From Centroscyllium fabricii (lineage: Eukaryota): a stretch of 64,000 nucleotides of DNA. The notes beneath the pieces are model-generated. The model was given only the letters and a program-made list of their open reading frames with translations. It searched no databases and had not been told where the DNA came from. The stretch lies in contig JBNRSN020000010.1 of the NCBI GenBank assembly GCA_051313645.2, positions 182,032,001-182,096,000 on the forward strand, read 5' to 3'. Below, piece by piece: positions 36,445-48,197 of the stretch. Position numbers and translations under genes: made by a program. Numbering within the stretch: the stretch's first letter is position 1; every line of letters begins with the position of its first letter.

Positions 36445-37550
36445 AACATCACCGAATAGGAGGGTGAGTGGCAGCTTGGATAAGAAATTGGCTTAAGGAC
36501 AGAAAACAGCGAGTCGTGGTAAATGGTTGCTGTTCAGGCTGGACGATGGTAGACAGTGGTGTTTCCCAAGGGTCAGTGCAAGGACCACTGCTTTTTTGAT
36601 ATATATAAATGACTTGGAAATTGGAACACAAAGTAACATTTCAAAATTTGCCGATAATACCAAACTTGAAGGTGTGGCAAACAATGTGGAGGATACCAAT
36701 TGACTGCAACAGGACATAGATAGGCTAGCAGAATGGGCAGACAAGCGGCAGATGGAATTTAATATAGAGAAGTGTGAGGTGATGCATTTTGTCAGAAGGG
36801 ATAGGGAGAGGAAATAGACACCTAATGGCACAGTTTTAAAGAGTGTGCCGGGAAAGAGGGACCTGGGGGTTCATGTGCACAGATCTTCGAAGGTGGCAGG
36901 ACATATTGAGAGAATGGTTAACAAAGCATATGGGATCTTGGGCTTCATAAATAGAGGTATTGAGTACAAAAACAGGGAAGTTATGCTGAACCTTTACAAA
37001 GCTCTGGTTAGGCCACAACTCGAGTATTGTGTCCAGTTCTGGTCACCACAGTTTAGGAAGGATGTGAACAGTCCTTGAGAGGGTGCAGAGGAGATTTACC
37101 AGAATGGTTCCAGTGATGAGGGATTTTAGCTACAAGGTTACATTGGAGGAGCTGGGGTTGTTCTTCTTAGAGCAAAGGAGGTTGAGGGGAGATTTGATAA
37201 AGTTGTACAAGATTATGACGGGTTTGGATAGGCTAGACGGAGAAAGGTTGTTCCCACTAGTTGATGGTACAAGGACCAGGGGACACATGTTTAAGGTTTT
37301 GGATAATAGGTACAGGGGGGATGTGAGGAAGAACATTTTTATGCCCCGAGTGGTGAGGGCCTGGAACTCGCTGCCGACGGAAGTGGTGGAAGAGGAGACA
37401 CTCAATGTTTTCAAAAGGAAATTGGATAGGCACTTGAAGGAAATAAAGTTGCAAGGCTACAGGGATAGAGTGGGGGAATGGGACTGATTGGATTGCTCTC
37501 CAGAGAGCCGGCACAGACTCGATGATCCAAATGGCTTCCTTCTGTGCCAT
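36445..37550 (+). mobile_element. CR1 LINE 3' part (second subfamily)
   Basis: Degenerate SGVPQGSV, KFAD, and LVRPQLEYCVQFWSP motifs in ORFs 36845 and 37083. Confidence 0.85.
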
Positions 37551-38025
37551 AATGGCTGCCATTTCAAAACTGAGATGAGGGGGAACTTCTTCACTCAGAG
37601 GGTGGTGGGGCTGTGGAATTTGCTGCCCCAGAGAGCTGTGGAAGCTACTACGTTGAATAAATTTAAAACTGAGATAGACAGTTTCCTGGAATTAAAGGGA
37701 ATTAGGGGTTATGGTGAGCGGGCAGGTAAGTGGACGTGAGGCTAGGTTCAGATCGGCCATGTGATCTCCTGGACCAGTTTTCGATCGCCTAGATGGGTCG
37801 GAGAGGAATTTTCCTGATTTTTTTCTCCCAAATTGGCTACTAGGTTTTTTAATCTGGTTTTTCGCCTCTCCCAGGTGATCACATGGGTCTGGGTGGGGTG
37901 GAGAGTAAAAATAAAATTGAGGTTAGGATCAGATCAGCCATGATCTTGTTGAATGGCGGAGCAGGCTCGAAGGGCCGATTGGCCTACTCCTGCTCCTATT
38001 TCTTATGTTCTTATGTTCTTATGAC
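37551..38025 (+). mobile_element. CR1 3' end with extended 3' UTR
   Basis: Near-identical to 43250-43599 plus 48156-48195; serves as the empty-site paralog of the LTR insertion. Confidence 0.85.
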
Positions 38026-38457
38026 TCTATGAATCTATGACTCTATGACCTACACCTTAGAAAATAAGAAGCTGAATGGGATAGAAGAGCAAAGGGATCT
38101 AGGGGCCATAAATACAAGATAGTTACGAATAAATCCAATACAGAAATAAGGAGAAATTACTTTACTCAGAGAGTGGTTAGAATGTGGAACTCACTACCGC
38201 AGGAAGTGTTGAGGCAAATAGCTTAGGTGCTTTCAAAGGGAAAATAGATGGGTACATTGGAGAAAAGGGAATGGAAAGATAGGCTGAAAGGCTGAGGTGA
38301 AGTAGATAGAATGGGAGGACACTCAGGTGCAGTATAAACACCAGCACCGACTAGACGATAACAAAATACTGCAGATGCTGGAAATCCAAAATAACAATCT
38401 GAAGAAAATGCTGGAGAAACTCAGCAGTTCAGGCAACATCCGTGAAGAGAGAAACAA

Positions 38458-38495
38458 GAGTCAACGTTTCGGGTCAGGACCCTTCATCAAGACTG
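38458..38495 (-). ncRNA. Minimal hammerhead ribozyme motif in the Penelope terminal repeat
   Basis: Minus strand cagtc-TTGATGA-a-gggt(cctg)accc-GAAAC-GTT-gactc gives stem I agtc/gact, stem II and a core with C3 to U. Confidence 0.6.
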
Positions 38496-38856
38496 AAATG
38501 AAACAGACGAGAAGGATAGAGGAGGGCTGTGAGAGAACAAAGGGATGAGAAGAGTCAATGAGCATTATTCAAAACGAGACGAGGTGGTAATAGGACAGAA
38601 GACAGCTCAAGATTATGTGTGGAATGCGCCGGCTGAATAGGAGACTGCTGCCATGTAGGAAAGAGAACAAAAAAGGGAGCGGGGGGCAGGGGAGGGCCGA
38701 GGCAAAGGTGTGGATAATGTAAAAAAAAGGTAAAAATGTGAAGGGTTATGATCTGAAATTGTTGAACTCAATATGGAGTCCGGAGGGCTTTAAAGTGCCT
38801 AATCGGAAGATGAGGTGCTGTTCCTGGAGCTTCCGCTGAGCTTCGGTGGAACAATG

Positions 38857-39293
38857 TGAGCATAGGGACATGAGAATAGAGCAGCTAAATACGTGGCTAA
38901 AGAGTTGGTGCAGAAGGGAGGGCTTCAGTTTCCTGGATCACTGGGTTTGCTTCTGGGGAAGATGGAACTTGTACAAGACGGACGGTTTACACCTGAACCA
39001 GAAGGGGACCAATATCTTTGCCGGGAGGTTTGCTAGCACTGTTGGGGGGGGTTTAAACTAAAATTGCAGGGGGTTGGGAACCTGAGCAGGGAGACTAAGG
39101 AAAGGGAAACAAGGATAGAAGCAAAAGAAGGGAAGGAGAGAAACAAAGATGGCAGTCAGAGAAATCAAGGGTGGAAATCAAACATGGTCATCGTAAATTA
39201 GAATTCGAAAAGGTCTAAGAGCATTAGAAAAACAAGCCTGAAGGCTTTGTGTCTTAATTCAAGGAGCATTCGTAACAAGGTGGATGAATTAGC
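38857..39293 (+). mobile_element. Internal CR1 fragment: ORF1 SGNH-esterase end and ORF2 start
   Basis: LNTWLKSWCRREGFSFLDHW..DGLHLN..G, then LKALCLNSRSIRNKVDEL. Confidence 0.8.
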
Positions 39294-40991
39294 AGGGTGG
39301 ATGTTTCAGGCCCTGGACAGTGGGAAGGGGAGAGGTATAAGGGCAGGTGTTGCATCTCTTGTGCTTGCACGGGAAGGTGCCGGGCGAAGGGGAAGGGGTG
39401 CTGGGGGTGATAGAGGAGAGGACTAGGGTGTCTCGAAGGGAGCGGTCCATACGAATGTTGAAAGGGGAGGGGAGGGTAAGATGCGTTTGGTGGTGGGATC
39501 ACTTTGGAGGTGGCATAAATGGCGGAGGATGATCCGTTGAATATGGAGACTGATGGGGTGAAAGGTGAGGACGAGGGGAACCCTATCGTGGATCCGGGAG
39601 GGAGGGGCGGGGGTGAGGGCAGAAGTGCGGGAGATAGAACGGGCATGGTCGAGGTCTGTGTCAACCAAGGTAGAGGGGAATCCGCGGTTGAGGAAAAAGA
39701 AAGACATATTGGAAGAACTGGTGTGGAAGGTGGCATCGTCGGAGCAGATGCGGCGGAGGCGGGGAAACTGAGAGAATGGAATAGAGTCCTTACAGAAGTT
39801 GGGGTGGGAGGAAGTGTAGTCCAGGTAGCTGTGCGAGTCAGTGGGCTTGTAGTGAATGTTGGTCAATACCTATCCCCAGAGATGGAAACCGCAAAGTCGA
39901 GGGAGGGAAGGGAAGAGTCGGAGATGGACCATGTGAAGGTGAGGGAAGGGTGGAAATTGGAGGCAAAGTGAATGAAATTGTCTAGTTTAGGGCGAGAGCA
40001 GGAAACGGCGCCGATACAGTCATCAATGTACTGGAAAAAGAGGTGAGGGAGGGGACCCGAGTAGGACTGAAACAAAGAGTGTTCCACATATCCCACGAAA
40101 AGGCAGGCATAGCTGGGACCCATGCGGGTACCCATAGCAACACCTTTGATTTGGAGGAAATGAGTGGAGTCAAAGGCGAAGTTGTTCAATGTGAGAACAA
40201 GTTCAGCCAGGCAGAGGAGGTTGTTGGTGGATGGGGACTGGTCGGGCCTCTGTTCAAGGAAGAAGCGGAGCGCCCTCAGGCCATCCTGTTGGGGGATGGA
40301 GGTGTAGAGGGATTGTACGTCAATGGTGAAAAGGAGGCAGTTGGGACCAGGAAACTTGAAACTGTTGAAGTGACGGAGGGCGTCCGAAGAGTCGCGGATG
40401 TTGGTAGGAAGAGACTGGGCAAGGGGAGAAAAGATAGAGTCAAGATAGGAAGAGGTAAGTTCCGTGGGGCAAGAAGAGGCTGAAACGATGGGTCTACCAG
40501 GGCAGTCCTGTTTGTGGATCTTGGGAAGGAGGTAGAAGCGGGCTGTGCGGGGTTGGGGATCTATGAGGTTGGCGGCCGTAGGGGAAAGATCTCCAGTGGA
40601 GATGCGGTCAGTGACAGTCTTGGAAACGGTGGTTTGATGTTCAGTAGTGGATCCAAATCATGAAGGGTGGAAGTTCAGTTGGAATCCACGTGCAATAAGT
40701 CGGAACTGGAGACAGTTGCTGAGGAAAATGATGTGGCTGTGAAACCGAGTCTTGGCAGACACCTGATCAAAAATGAGAAGGGAAACTGAAAGTAATGAAG
40801 ATGAACAAGGTTGAAGAGCCAGACGGAAATCCCATTGAAGAGAAGAGCAGAACTTCTTCAAGGTAAGCATTCCTAGAAGAGGTGTGGCAGTGAACCAAAC
40901 ACTAGACCATAACATGCTGGAAATCCAAAATAACAACAGAAAATGCTGGAAAAACTCAGCAGTTCAGGCAACATCCGTAAGAGAGAAATAG

Positions 40992-41029
40992 GAGTCAACG
41001 TTTCGGGTCGGGACCCTTTATCGAGACTG
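40992..41029 (-). ncRNA. Degenerate second hammerhead motif copy
   Basis: cagtc-TCGATAA-agggtcccgaccc-GAAAC-GTT-gactc; core is mutated. Confidence 0.45.
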
Positions 41030-41301
41030 AAATGTAACAGACGAGAAGGACAGAAGAGGGCCGTGAGAGAACAAAGGGATGAGAAGAGACGATGAGAGTT
41101 ATTCAAAATTCGACGAGGTGGTAATAGGACAGAAGACAGCTCAAGATTAGGTGTGAAATGCGCTGGCTGAATAGGAGACCGCTGCCATGTGGGAGAGAGA
41201 AAAAAAAGGGAGGGGGCCGGGCGAGGGGGCCGAGGCAAAGGTGTGCATCATGTAAAAAAAAGGTAAAAATGTAAAGGGTTATGAACTGAAATTGTTGAAC
41301 T

Positions 41302-43599
41302 TTATTTACTGAGCTTAAATAAAGGAGACTATGATGGTATGAGAGCGGAATTGATTAAGGTGGACTGGGAAAACAGATTGAAGTGTAAGACGCTACATGA
41401 TCAGTGGCGTGTATTCAAGGAGTTATTTTACAACTTTCAAGAAAAATATATTCCACTGCGGAAAAAAGGATGTAAAAGAAAAAATAGCTATCCGTGGCTA
41501 AGTAAAGTAATAAAGGAGAGTATCCGACTAAAAACAAGGTTAAATAGGTAGCTAAATCTAGTGGGAAGATAGAAGATCTGGAAGCTTTTAAAAGTCAGCA
41601 AAAAATAACAAAAAGATTGATTAAGAAAGGGAAGATAGATTATGAAAGTAAATTAGCAAAAAATATAAAAACAGATAGCAAGAGTTTCTATAGTTACATA
41701 AAAAGAAAAAGGGTGACTAAAGTAAATGTTGGTCCTTTAGAGGATGAGACCGGGAAATTAGTGGTAGGGGACATGGAGATGGCAAAAGCACTGAACAAAT
41801 ATTTTGTATCAGTCTTTACAGTAGAGGACACTCAAAATATCCCAACATTGGATAAACAGGTGGCTCTAGTGGGGGAGGAGCTAATTACGATTAAAGTCAC
41901 TAAGGAAGTGGTACTCGGGAAAATTATGGGACTTAAGGTGGATAAATCCCCTGGACCTGATGGCTTACATCTTAGGGTCTTGAGGGAAGTGGCGGTAGGG
42001 ATTGTGGATACATTGGTAATAATTTTTCAAAACTCTCTGGACTCGGCAAAGGTTCCGGCAGATTGGAAAACTGCTAATGTAACGCCTTTATTTAAAAAGG
42101 GTAATAGACAGAAGGCTGGAAATTATAGACCAGTTAGCCTAAAATCTGTGGTTGGCAAAATGTTAGAATCCATTATTAAGGAAACAGTAACAGGGCATTT
42201 GGATAAACATAATTTAATAGGACAAAGTAAGCATGGTTTTACAAATGGGAAGTTATGTTTGACAAATTTGCTAGAGTTCTTTGAGGACATAACATATAGG
42301 GTGGATAAAGGGTAACCAGTGGATGTAGTGTATTTGGATTTCCAAAAGGCATTTGACAAGGTGCCCCACAAAAGATTATTACTCAAGATAAAAAATCACG
42401 GGGTTGGGGGTAATATTCTGGCATGGGTGGAGGATTGGCTTTCTAACAGAAAACAGAGAGTTGCGATAAATGGTTCGTTCTCAGACTGGCAGTCAGTGAC
42501 TAGTGGTGTTCCGCAAGGGTTGGTGCTGGGACACCAACTCTTTACAATCTATATTAATGATTTGGAGGAAGGGACCAAGTGCAACATATCAAAGTTTGCG
42601 GATGACACAAAGATGGGAGGGAGGGTGATGAGTGAGGAGGACATTAAAAACCTGCAGAAGGACATAGATAGGCTAAGTGAGTGGGCAGAGATTTGGCAGA
42701 TGGAGTATAATACTGGAAAGTTTGAAGTTATGCACTTTGGCAGGAAAAATAATAGAGCGAGTTATTATCTAAATGGAAAGAAACTGGAAAGTACTTCAGT
42801 GCAAAGGGATCTGGGGGTCCTGGTGCAGGAAACACAAAAAGTTAATATGCAGGTGCAGCAGGTGGTCAGGAAGGCCAACGGAATGTTGGCTTTTACTGCT
42901 AAGGGGATGGAGTATAAAAGCAGGGAGGTCTTGCTGCAGTTGTACAGGGTATTGGTGAGACCACACCTGGAATACTGCGTGCAGTTCTGGTATTCATATT
43001 TAAGAAAGGACATACTTGCTCTCGAGGCAGTGCAAAGAAGGCTCACTAGGTTAATTCCGGGGATGAGGAGGCTAACATATGACGAGAGGCTGAGTAGATT
43101 GGGCCTCTACTCATTGGAGTTCAGAAGAATGAGAGGCGATCTTATTGAAACATATAAGATTGTGAGAGGGCTTGATCGGGTGGATGCGGTGAGGATGTTC
43201 CCAATGGTGGGTGAAACTAGGACTAGGGGGCATGATCTTAAAATAAGGGGCTGCCATTTCAAAACTGAGATGAGGAGAAACTTCTTCACTCAGAGGGTGG
43301 TGGGGCTGTGGAATTTGCTGCCCCAGAGAGCTGTGGAATCTACTAGATTGAATAAATTTAAAACAGAGACAGACAGTTTTCTGGAAGTAAAGGGAATTAG
43401 GGGTTATAGTGAGCGGGCAGGTAAGTGGACGTGAGGCTAGGTTCAGATCGGCCATGTGATCTCCTGGACCAGTTTTCGATCGCCTAGATGGGTCGGAGAG
43501 GAATTTCCCAGATTTTGTCTTCCAAATTGGCCACTGGGTTTTTTATCTGGTTTTTTCGCCTCTCCCGGGTGATCACATGGGTTTGGGCGGGATGGAGAG
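41302..43599 (+). mobile_element. CR1 LINE ORF2 (post-endonuclease region and RT); 3' UTR continues at 48156-48197
   Basis: KSPGPDG, NYRPVSL, YLDFQKAFDKV, SGVPQG and KFADD motifs; premature TAA at 42313. Confidence 0.95.
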
Positions 43600-43961
43600 T
43601 GTTAAGTCTGGGGTGTCCAGACTTAATAACTTAGTCGGAGTCAGGAGGTAATCAACAAAGTAGGTGTTTAATCTATGGGAGAGAATTAAGACCTGGCTCA
43701 AAAGGCAACTGCCAACCGAACTAACATTCTAGAACACTGCAGAGAACACAGGAGTTACTGGTATTCCAAATAGGTGTTGGATTCCCTTAAAGGGGCCATA
43801 CACCACAATCCTCCCCCTTTAAATCCCTTAGCGTTATACAAGGTATGAAAGCTAAGGGGGAGGTTACAACAACAATATAACTATCGTTAATAGAGAACAT
43901 ATATACATATATATCAATTCTTAATGTACATTATGTAGCATGCACCCCAAAATAAACCACG

Positions 43962-45689
43962 TCACATTTCCTCAATCAACCTGTGCGGTTGCCGAGTCAC
44001 CCGGTCAGAGCGACGTAGTTCAGGTGCAGGTACAGGCTGCGATTGTTGAGCAGCAATTCTAGATGAACGCCTGACCTCACTAGGCGGCGAGGGCCAAGGT
44101 ACTATCGTTGGGGACTCAGGTACCAGGAAATCCGGAGTTAACGGCTCGACCATCTCCGTAGGCAGTTCCAAGACTTGTTCCTTTGCAGGACTTGACACCG
44201 GTAAAAATGTCGTGGGCGGATGCACTGGCGTTGCTAACGACTGATCACGAGAGTACGACATCTCCTCACGGCTCACATGTTCCGGAGGACTAGCTAATGG
44301 TTCCTGAAGCTGCGGGGAGCCCACCAGCTGGTCCACGTGGCGGCGAATTACTCCTCCGTTGGTGTCAATCGCATACATCAATGGTCCTTGCTTTGCCGCG
44401 ACGACTCCAGATCGCCATTTCTGGTCACGGTAGTCCCGAGCAAGAACCTGATCACCCACATTAAAACTGCGCACAGTCTTTGGGGACAAATGTTGAAAAA
44501 CCCTTTTATCCACCTCACGCTTCAGGTCTGGTCTCAATAAGTCAAGCCTGGAGCCCAGTCGTCTGTTAAAAAAGACCATTGCTGGGGACTGACCCGTTAC
44601 TGTATGCGTAGCATTCCTGTAACTAAACAGAAAATTGTCCAATCTATGCTGCAGGGGCAAGTTCTCTAACCGCGAAGCTTTCAAGGACTTTTTGAATGAC
44701 TGCACAAATCGCTCTGCCAATCCATTTGTGGCAGGGTGGTAAGGGGCCGAAGTGTAGTGCTTGATGCCATTTCCTTTCAAAAATCTCTTGAACTCCTCGG
44801 ACACAAACTGGGGACCATTGTCCGAACACAATTGTTCCGGAAGACCATACCTGGCGAAAATTGTCCTCAAAACCACGATTGTTTTCTGCGCCGTAGTCGA
44901 AGACATTTTAATCACTTCCGGCCATTTGGAGTGCGCGTCAACTACCACCAGAAACATGGATTCCTGAAACGGGCCAGCAAAATCCACATGAATCCTTTTC
45001 CATGGTGCCGACGGCCACTCCCACGGATGTACCGGAACCACCGGTGGTGAATTCTGTACCAGCTGACAACCTTGGCAGTACTTGGTCAGCTCCTCAATCT
45101 GCCCGTCTATTCCAGGCCACCACACAGAGGCACGTGCTAAGCTCTTCATTTTGGTGCATCCGAGATGCCCTATGTGTAATTCTTTCAAAATTACTTTTTG
45201 TAACTTCACTGGGATGACCACCCTGGATCCGCACATTAAGGTTCCCAGACAAGTAGACAGTTGTTCCCTCCTGGCAAAATACTGAGCCAGTCGTGGATCA
45301 TTCCGAGCCGGCCAACCCTTTACTGTGGCATCATACACCAGTGATAACACTGGGTCATTTCTGGTTTCCCTCTCAATGTCCCTGTTGGTCACCGGCAAGG
45401 CTTCTACAATAGACGTATGGAAAAGGTCCGCAGCATCCAATACGGTATCTTTACCTTTTACTGGCAGCGGAAGTCGTGACAAGCTGTCTGCGTTGGCGTG
45501 TTGTTTGGTCCCTCTGTATTGTATGTCGTACTGGTGCGCACCCAGGAACAAAGACCACCTCTGCAATCGTTGCGCCGTCATCATTGGAACTGCCTTGTTT
45601 GGGTTAAAAATGGCAACCAAAGGTTGATGATCGGTTATCAGAGTAAATTTTTGTCCATATAGATAGTGATGAAATTTTTTACGCCCCAC
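43962..45689 (-). CDS. pol: RNase H C-terminus and integrase
   Basis: TDHQPL, HIGHLG..C..C, RIHVDFAGP, SDNGPQF, NGLAERFV. Confidence 0.9.
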   Translation of the reverse strand: MGRKKFHHYLYGQKFTLITDHQPLVAIFNPNKAVPMMTAQRLQRWSLFLGAHQYDIQYRGTKQHANADSLSRLPLPVKGKDTVLDAADLFHTSIVEALPVTNRDIERETRNDPVLSLVYDATVKGWPARNDPRLAQYFARREQLSTCLGTLMCGSRVVIPVKLQKVILKELHIGHLGCTKMKSLARASVWWPGIDGQIEELTKYCQGCQLVQNSPPVVPVHPWEWPSAPWKRIHVDFAGPFQESMFLVVVDAHSKWPEVIKMSSTTAQKTIVVLRTIFARYGLPEQLCSDNGPQFVSEEFKRFLKGNGIKHYTSAPYHPATNGLAERFVQSFKKSLKASRLENLPLQHRLDNFLFSYRNATHTVTGQSPAMVFFNRRLGSRLDLLRPDLKREVDKRVFQHLSPKTVRSFNVGDQVLARDYRDQKWRSGVVAAKQGPLMYAIDTNGGVIRRHVDQLVGSPQLQEPLASPPEHVSREEMSYSRDQSLATPVHPPTTFLPVSSPAKEQVLELPTEMVEPLTPDFLVPESPTIVPWPSPPSEVRRSSRIAAQQSQPVPAPELRRSDRVTRQPHRLIEEM

Positions 45690-46624
45690 ACCAGGCTCAG
45701 GGCCTCCCGATCAATCTGTGCATAGTTCTTTTCAGCCGACGTTAGTGATCTGGACGCAAACGCAATAGGTCGTTCGGCCCCTCCCGGAAACTGGTGAGAG
45801 AGCACCGCTCCAATGCCATAAGGCGATGCATCACAGGCCAGTTTAATTGGAATTGTAGGATCGAAATGTGCCAATATTTTCTCGGAAGTGATCAACCTTT
45901 TACTCTCCGCAAATGCCTTAACGCATTCTGGGGACCATTTCCAAGGAACCCCAGTCCTCAAGAGGTTATTTAGAGGGTGCAGAATAGTAGACAGGTTCGG
46001 TAAGAACTTGTGGTAATAATTAATCAGTCCTAGGTACGAGCGCAGCTTTGAAACAGTTTCCGGTGCCGGTGCATTTACTACAGCCTCCACTTTCTCTGGT
46101 GACTTATGCAACCCGGTCCTATCAATGATGTGGCCACAATATGATAGCTTCTCCTTAAAAAATTCACATTTGTCCTTATTGGCCCTTAATCCATATTGTT
46201 TCAATCGCTGTAAAACTCGTTCCAGATCGTCCAAATGATCCGTTTCTGTTCTTCCTGTGATCAAGATGTCGTCTAGGTAGCATTGGGTGCCCGGAATTCC
46301 TTGCAACACCTGCTCCATGGCTCTTTGCCAAATTGCCGGAGCAGATGCAATCCCAAATATCAACCTATTGTAGCGGTATAGACCCCTGTGTGTGTTGATT
46401 GTAAGAAATTGTCTGGAATCCACATCGACCTCCATCTGTAGGTACGCCTGTGCCAGATCAATCTTCGAAAAACATTGTCCACCTGCTAAGGACGCAAAAA
46501 TGTCTTCAATCTTTGGCAACGGATATTGTACTATTCGCAACACCGGGTTTACCGTTACCTTGAAGTCACCACAAATTCTGACCTTTTGATGCGCCCCTGG
46601 ACTGTCAGCAATCATCTTCTTCAT
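45638..46624 (-). CDS. pol: Reverse transcriptase and RNase H (frameshifted at ~45675)
   Basis: RICGDFK, KIDLAQAY, YLDDILI, CDAS..GIGAVL, NYAQIDREAL. Confidence 0.9.
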   Translation of the reverse strand: MKKMIADSPGAHQKVRICGDFKVTVNPVLRIVQYPLPKIEDIFASLAGGQCFSKIDLAQAYLQMEVDVDSRQFLTINTHRGLYRYNRLIFGIASAPAIWQRAMEQVLQGIPGTQCYLDDILITGRTETDHLDDLERVLQRLKQYGLRANKDKCEFFKEKLSYCGHIIDRTGLHKSPEKVEAVVNAPAPETVSKLRSYLGLINYYHKFLPNLSTILHPLNNLLRTGVPWKWSPECVKAFAESKRLITSEKILAHFDPTIPIKLACDASPYGIGAVLSHQFPGGAERPIAFASRSLTSAEKNYAQIDREALSLVWGVKNFITIYMDKNLL

Positions 46625-46659
46625 GACTGGTACAATGGGAGTAGCCCAATTACTCCATT

Positions 46660-47664
46660 CTACCTTGGAAAGTACCCATGGTAATCTTTTTCATTTATTA
46701 CCGTCAACGCCGATCCCGTGTCTAGTTCCAATTTTAGTGAAATACCAGAGATGGATAGGGTAACCCAGATAGCATCACGGTCTCCACTCCCTTGGACCGA
46801 CTGTATATGCAAACATTTCAACTTTTCTTCCCCGCCGGACTCTTCATTCTCACTGGAACTTTCTTTATTAAACTCGTAGACCCTCTTGGTCTCAGACTTA
46901 AAAGCACTTGCTTTCTTGGCTGTCTTCTTTTCGGAATCAGTAGCTTTGCAGACTTTTGCCATGTGTCCCATTTTACCACAGTTTCTGCAACTTTTGTCCT
47001 TGAACCAGCAATTCTGGTGATGATGGGATGTCTTCCCACAACGGAAACATCTTACTCTGGTTAACATCCTATGTGTATCCAGTTCCATATCCTTTTTCTG
47101 GATCACCGCCGCGCCCTTCTGCGCCGCTTCGAACGAGATAGCCATCTTTATAGCCTTTTCTAATCCTAGCTCGCTTTCGGCCAGTAGCTTTTGTTGGAGC
47201 TCCTCGCTTTGAAGTCCGCACACAAACCTGTCACGTATGGCTTGGTTTAAAAATTCTTCAAACCTACAGAACACCGTCAGCTTCCTGAGTTCCGATAAAA
47301 ATTGCGCCACCGATTCACCCGGTCTCTGATCTCTTCTATAGAACGCGAACCGTTCGGGCAAAAACAATGGAGCAGGGTTCAAATGCTCCTTTAGCTTATC
47401 GGATATCTGCTGAAATGATGCTTCTGTTGGCTTCTTTGGGTACAGGAGGTTCTTTAATAAGCCGTACGTCTTTGTACCCATTACGTTTAACAAGTTTGCG
47501 GCCTTTTTTTCTTCTGTGACCTCATTCACTACACAGTATACATTAAATCTCTCAACGTACGTGTCCCAGTCTTCTAATTCGCCGTCAAATACCGACATAT
47601 TACCTCTTTTTGACATTTTTCTTGCCTTCTCACCGTTTTTAACACTGCGTCGAGGAAAAAGCAA
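46660..47664 (-). CDS. gag: Gag with two CCHC knuckles and a truncated aspartic protease
   Basis: RDRFVCG, CFRCGKTSHHHQNC, CRNCGKMGHMAKVC, LDTGS. Confidence 0.85.
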   Translation of the reverse strand: MLFPRRSVKNGEKARKMSKRGNMSVFDGELEDWDTYVERFNVYCVVNEVTEEKKAANLLNVMGTKTYGLLKNLLYPKKPTEASFQQISDKLKEHLNPAPLFLPERFAFYRRDQRPGESVAQFLSELRKLTVFCRFEEFLNQAIRDRFVCGLQSEELQQKLLAESELGLEKAIKMAISFEAAQKGAAVIQKKDMELDTHRMLTRVRCFRCGKTSHHHQNCWFKDKSCRNCGKMGHMAKVCKATDSEKKTAKKASAFKSETKRVYEFNKESSSENEESGGEEKLKCLHIQSVQGSGDRDAIWVTLSISGISLKLELDTGSALTVINEKDYHGYFPR

Positions 47665-48197
47665 AATGGCGCTTCCTGCCCTTCAATTAGGGCTGGGAAA
47701 AGGTTCCGCTGCCTTAATCCTCTACAGCGCCCTTTTCCCGGACTGAACCTCTCTCCCTGACCTTGAAGGTACCCTCAGTACAGGGCACCGATACTCACCG
47801 ACCTGCTTTACTTTGCTCGACCTCGCACCACCGTCCAATCTCTGAGGGTGCGGGGAGCAATTTGATGTCGTTGTTTTCTTTATTTCCCGACTCCTCTCAG
47901 CGCCCGCTGCTCTTCTTGCCTTCTGGGTCCTTTACCTGCGTCGCCACTGTTAAGTCTGGGGTGTCCAGACTTAATAACTTAGTCGGAGTCAGGAGGTAAT
48001 CAACAAAGTAGGTGTTTAATCTATGGGAGAGAATTAAGACCTGGCTCAAAAGGCAACTGCCAACCGAACTAACATTCTAGAACACTGCAGAGAACACAGG
48101 AGTTACTGGTATTCCAAATAGGTGTTGGATTCCCTTAAAGGGGCCATACACCACAGAGAGTAAAAATAAAATTGAGGTTAGGATCAGATCAGCCTTG

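Larger units (their letters stand above)
43600..48155 (-). mobile_element. Ty3/Gypsy (Mag-like) LTR retrotransposon, near full length
   Basis: 208-bp LTRs at 43600-43807 and 47948-48155, TSD GAGAG, PBS tggcgacgcagg (~47935-47946), PPT aaagggggagga (~43809-43820). Confidence 0.95.
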
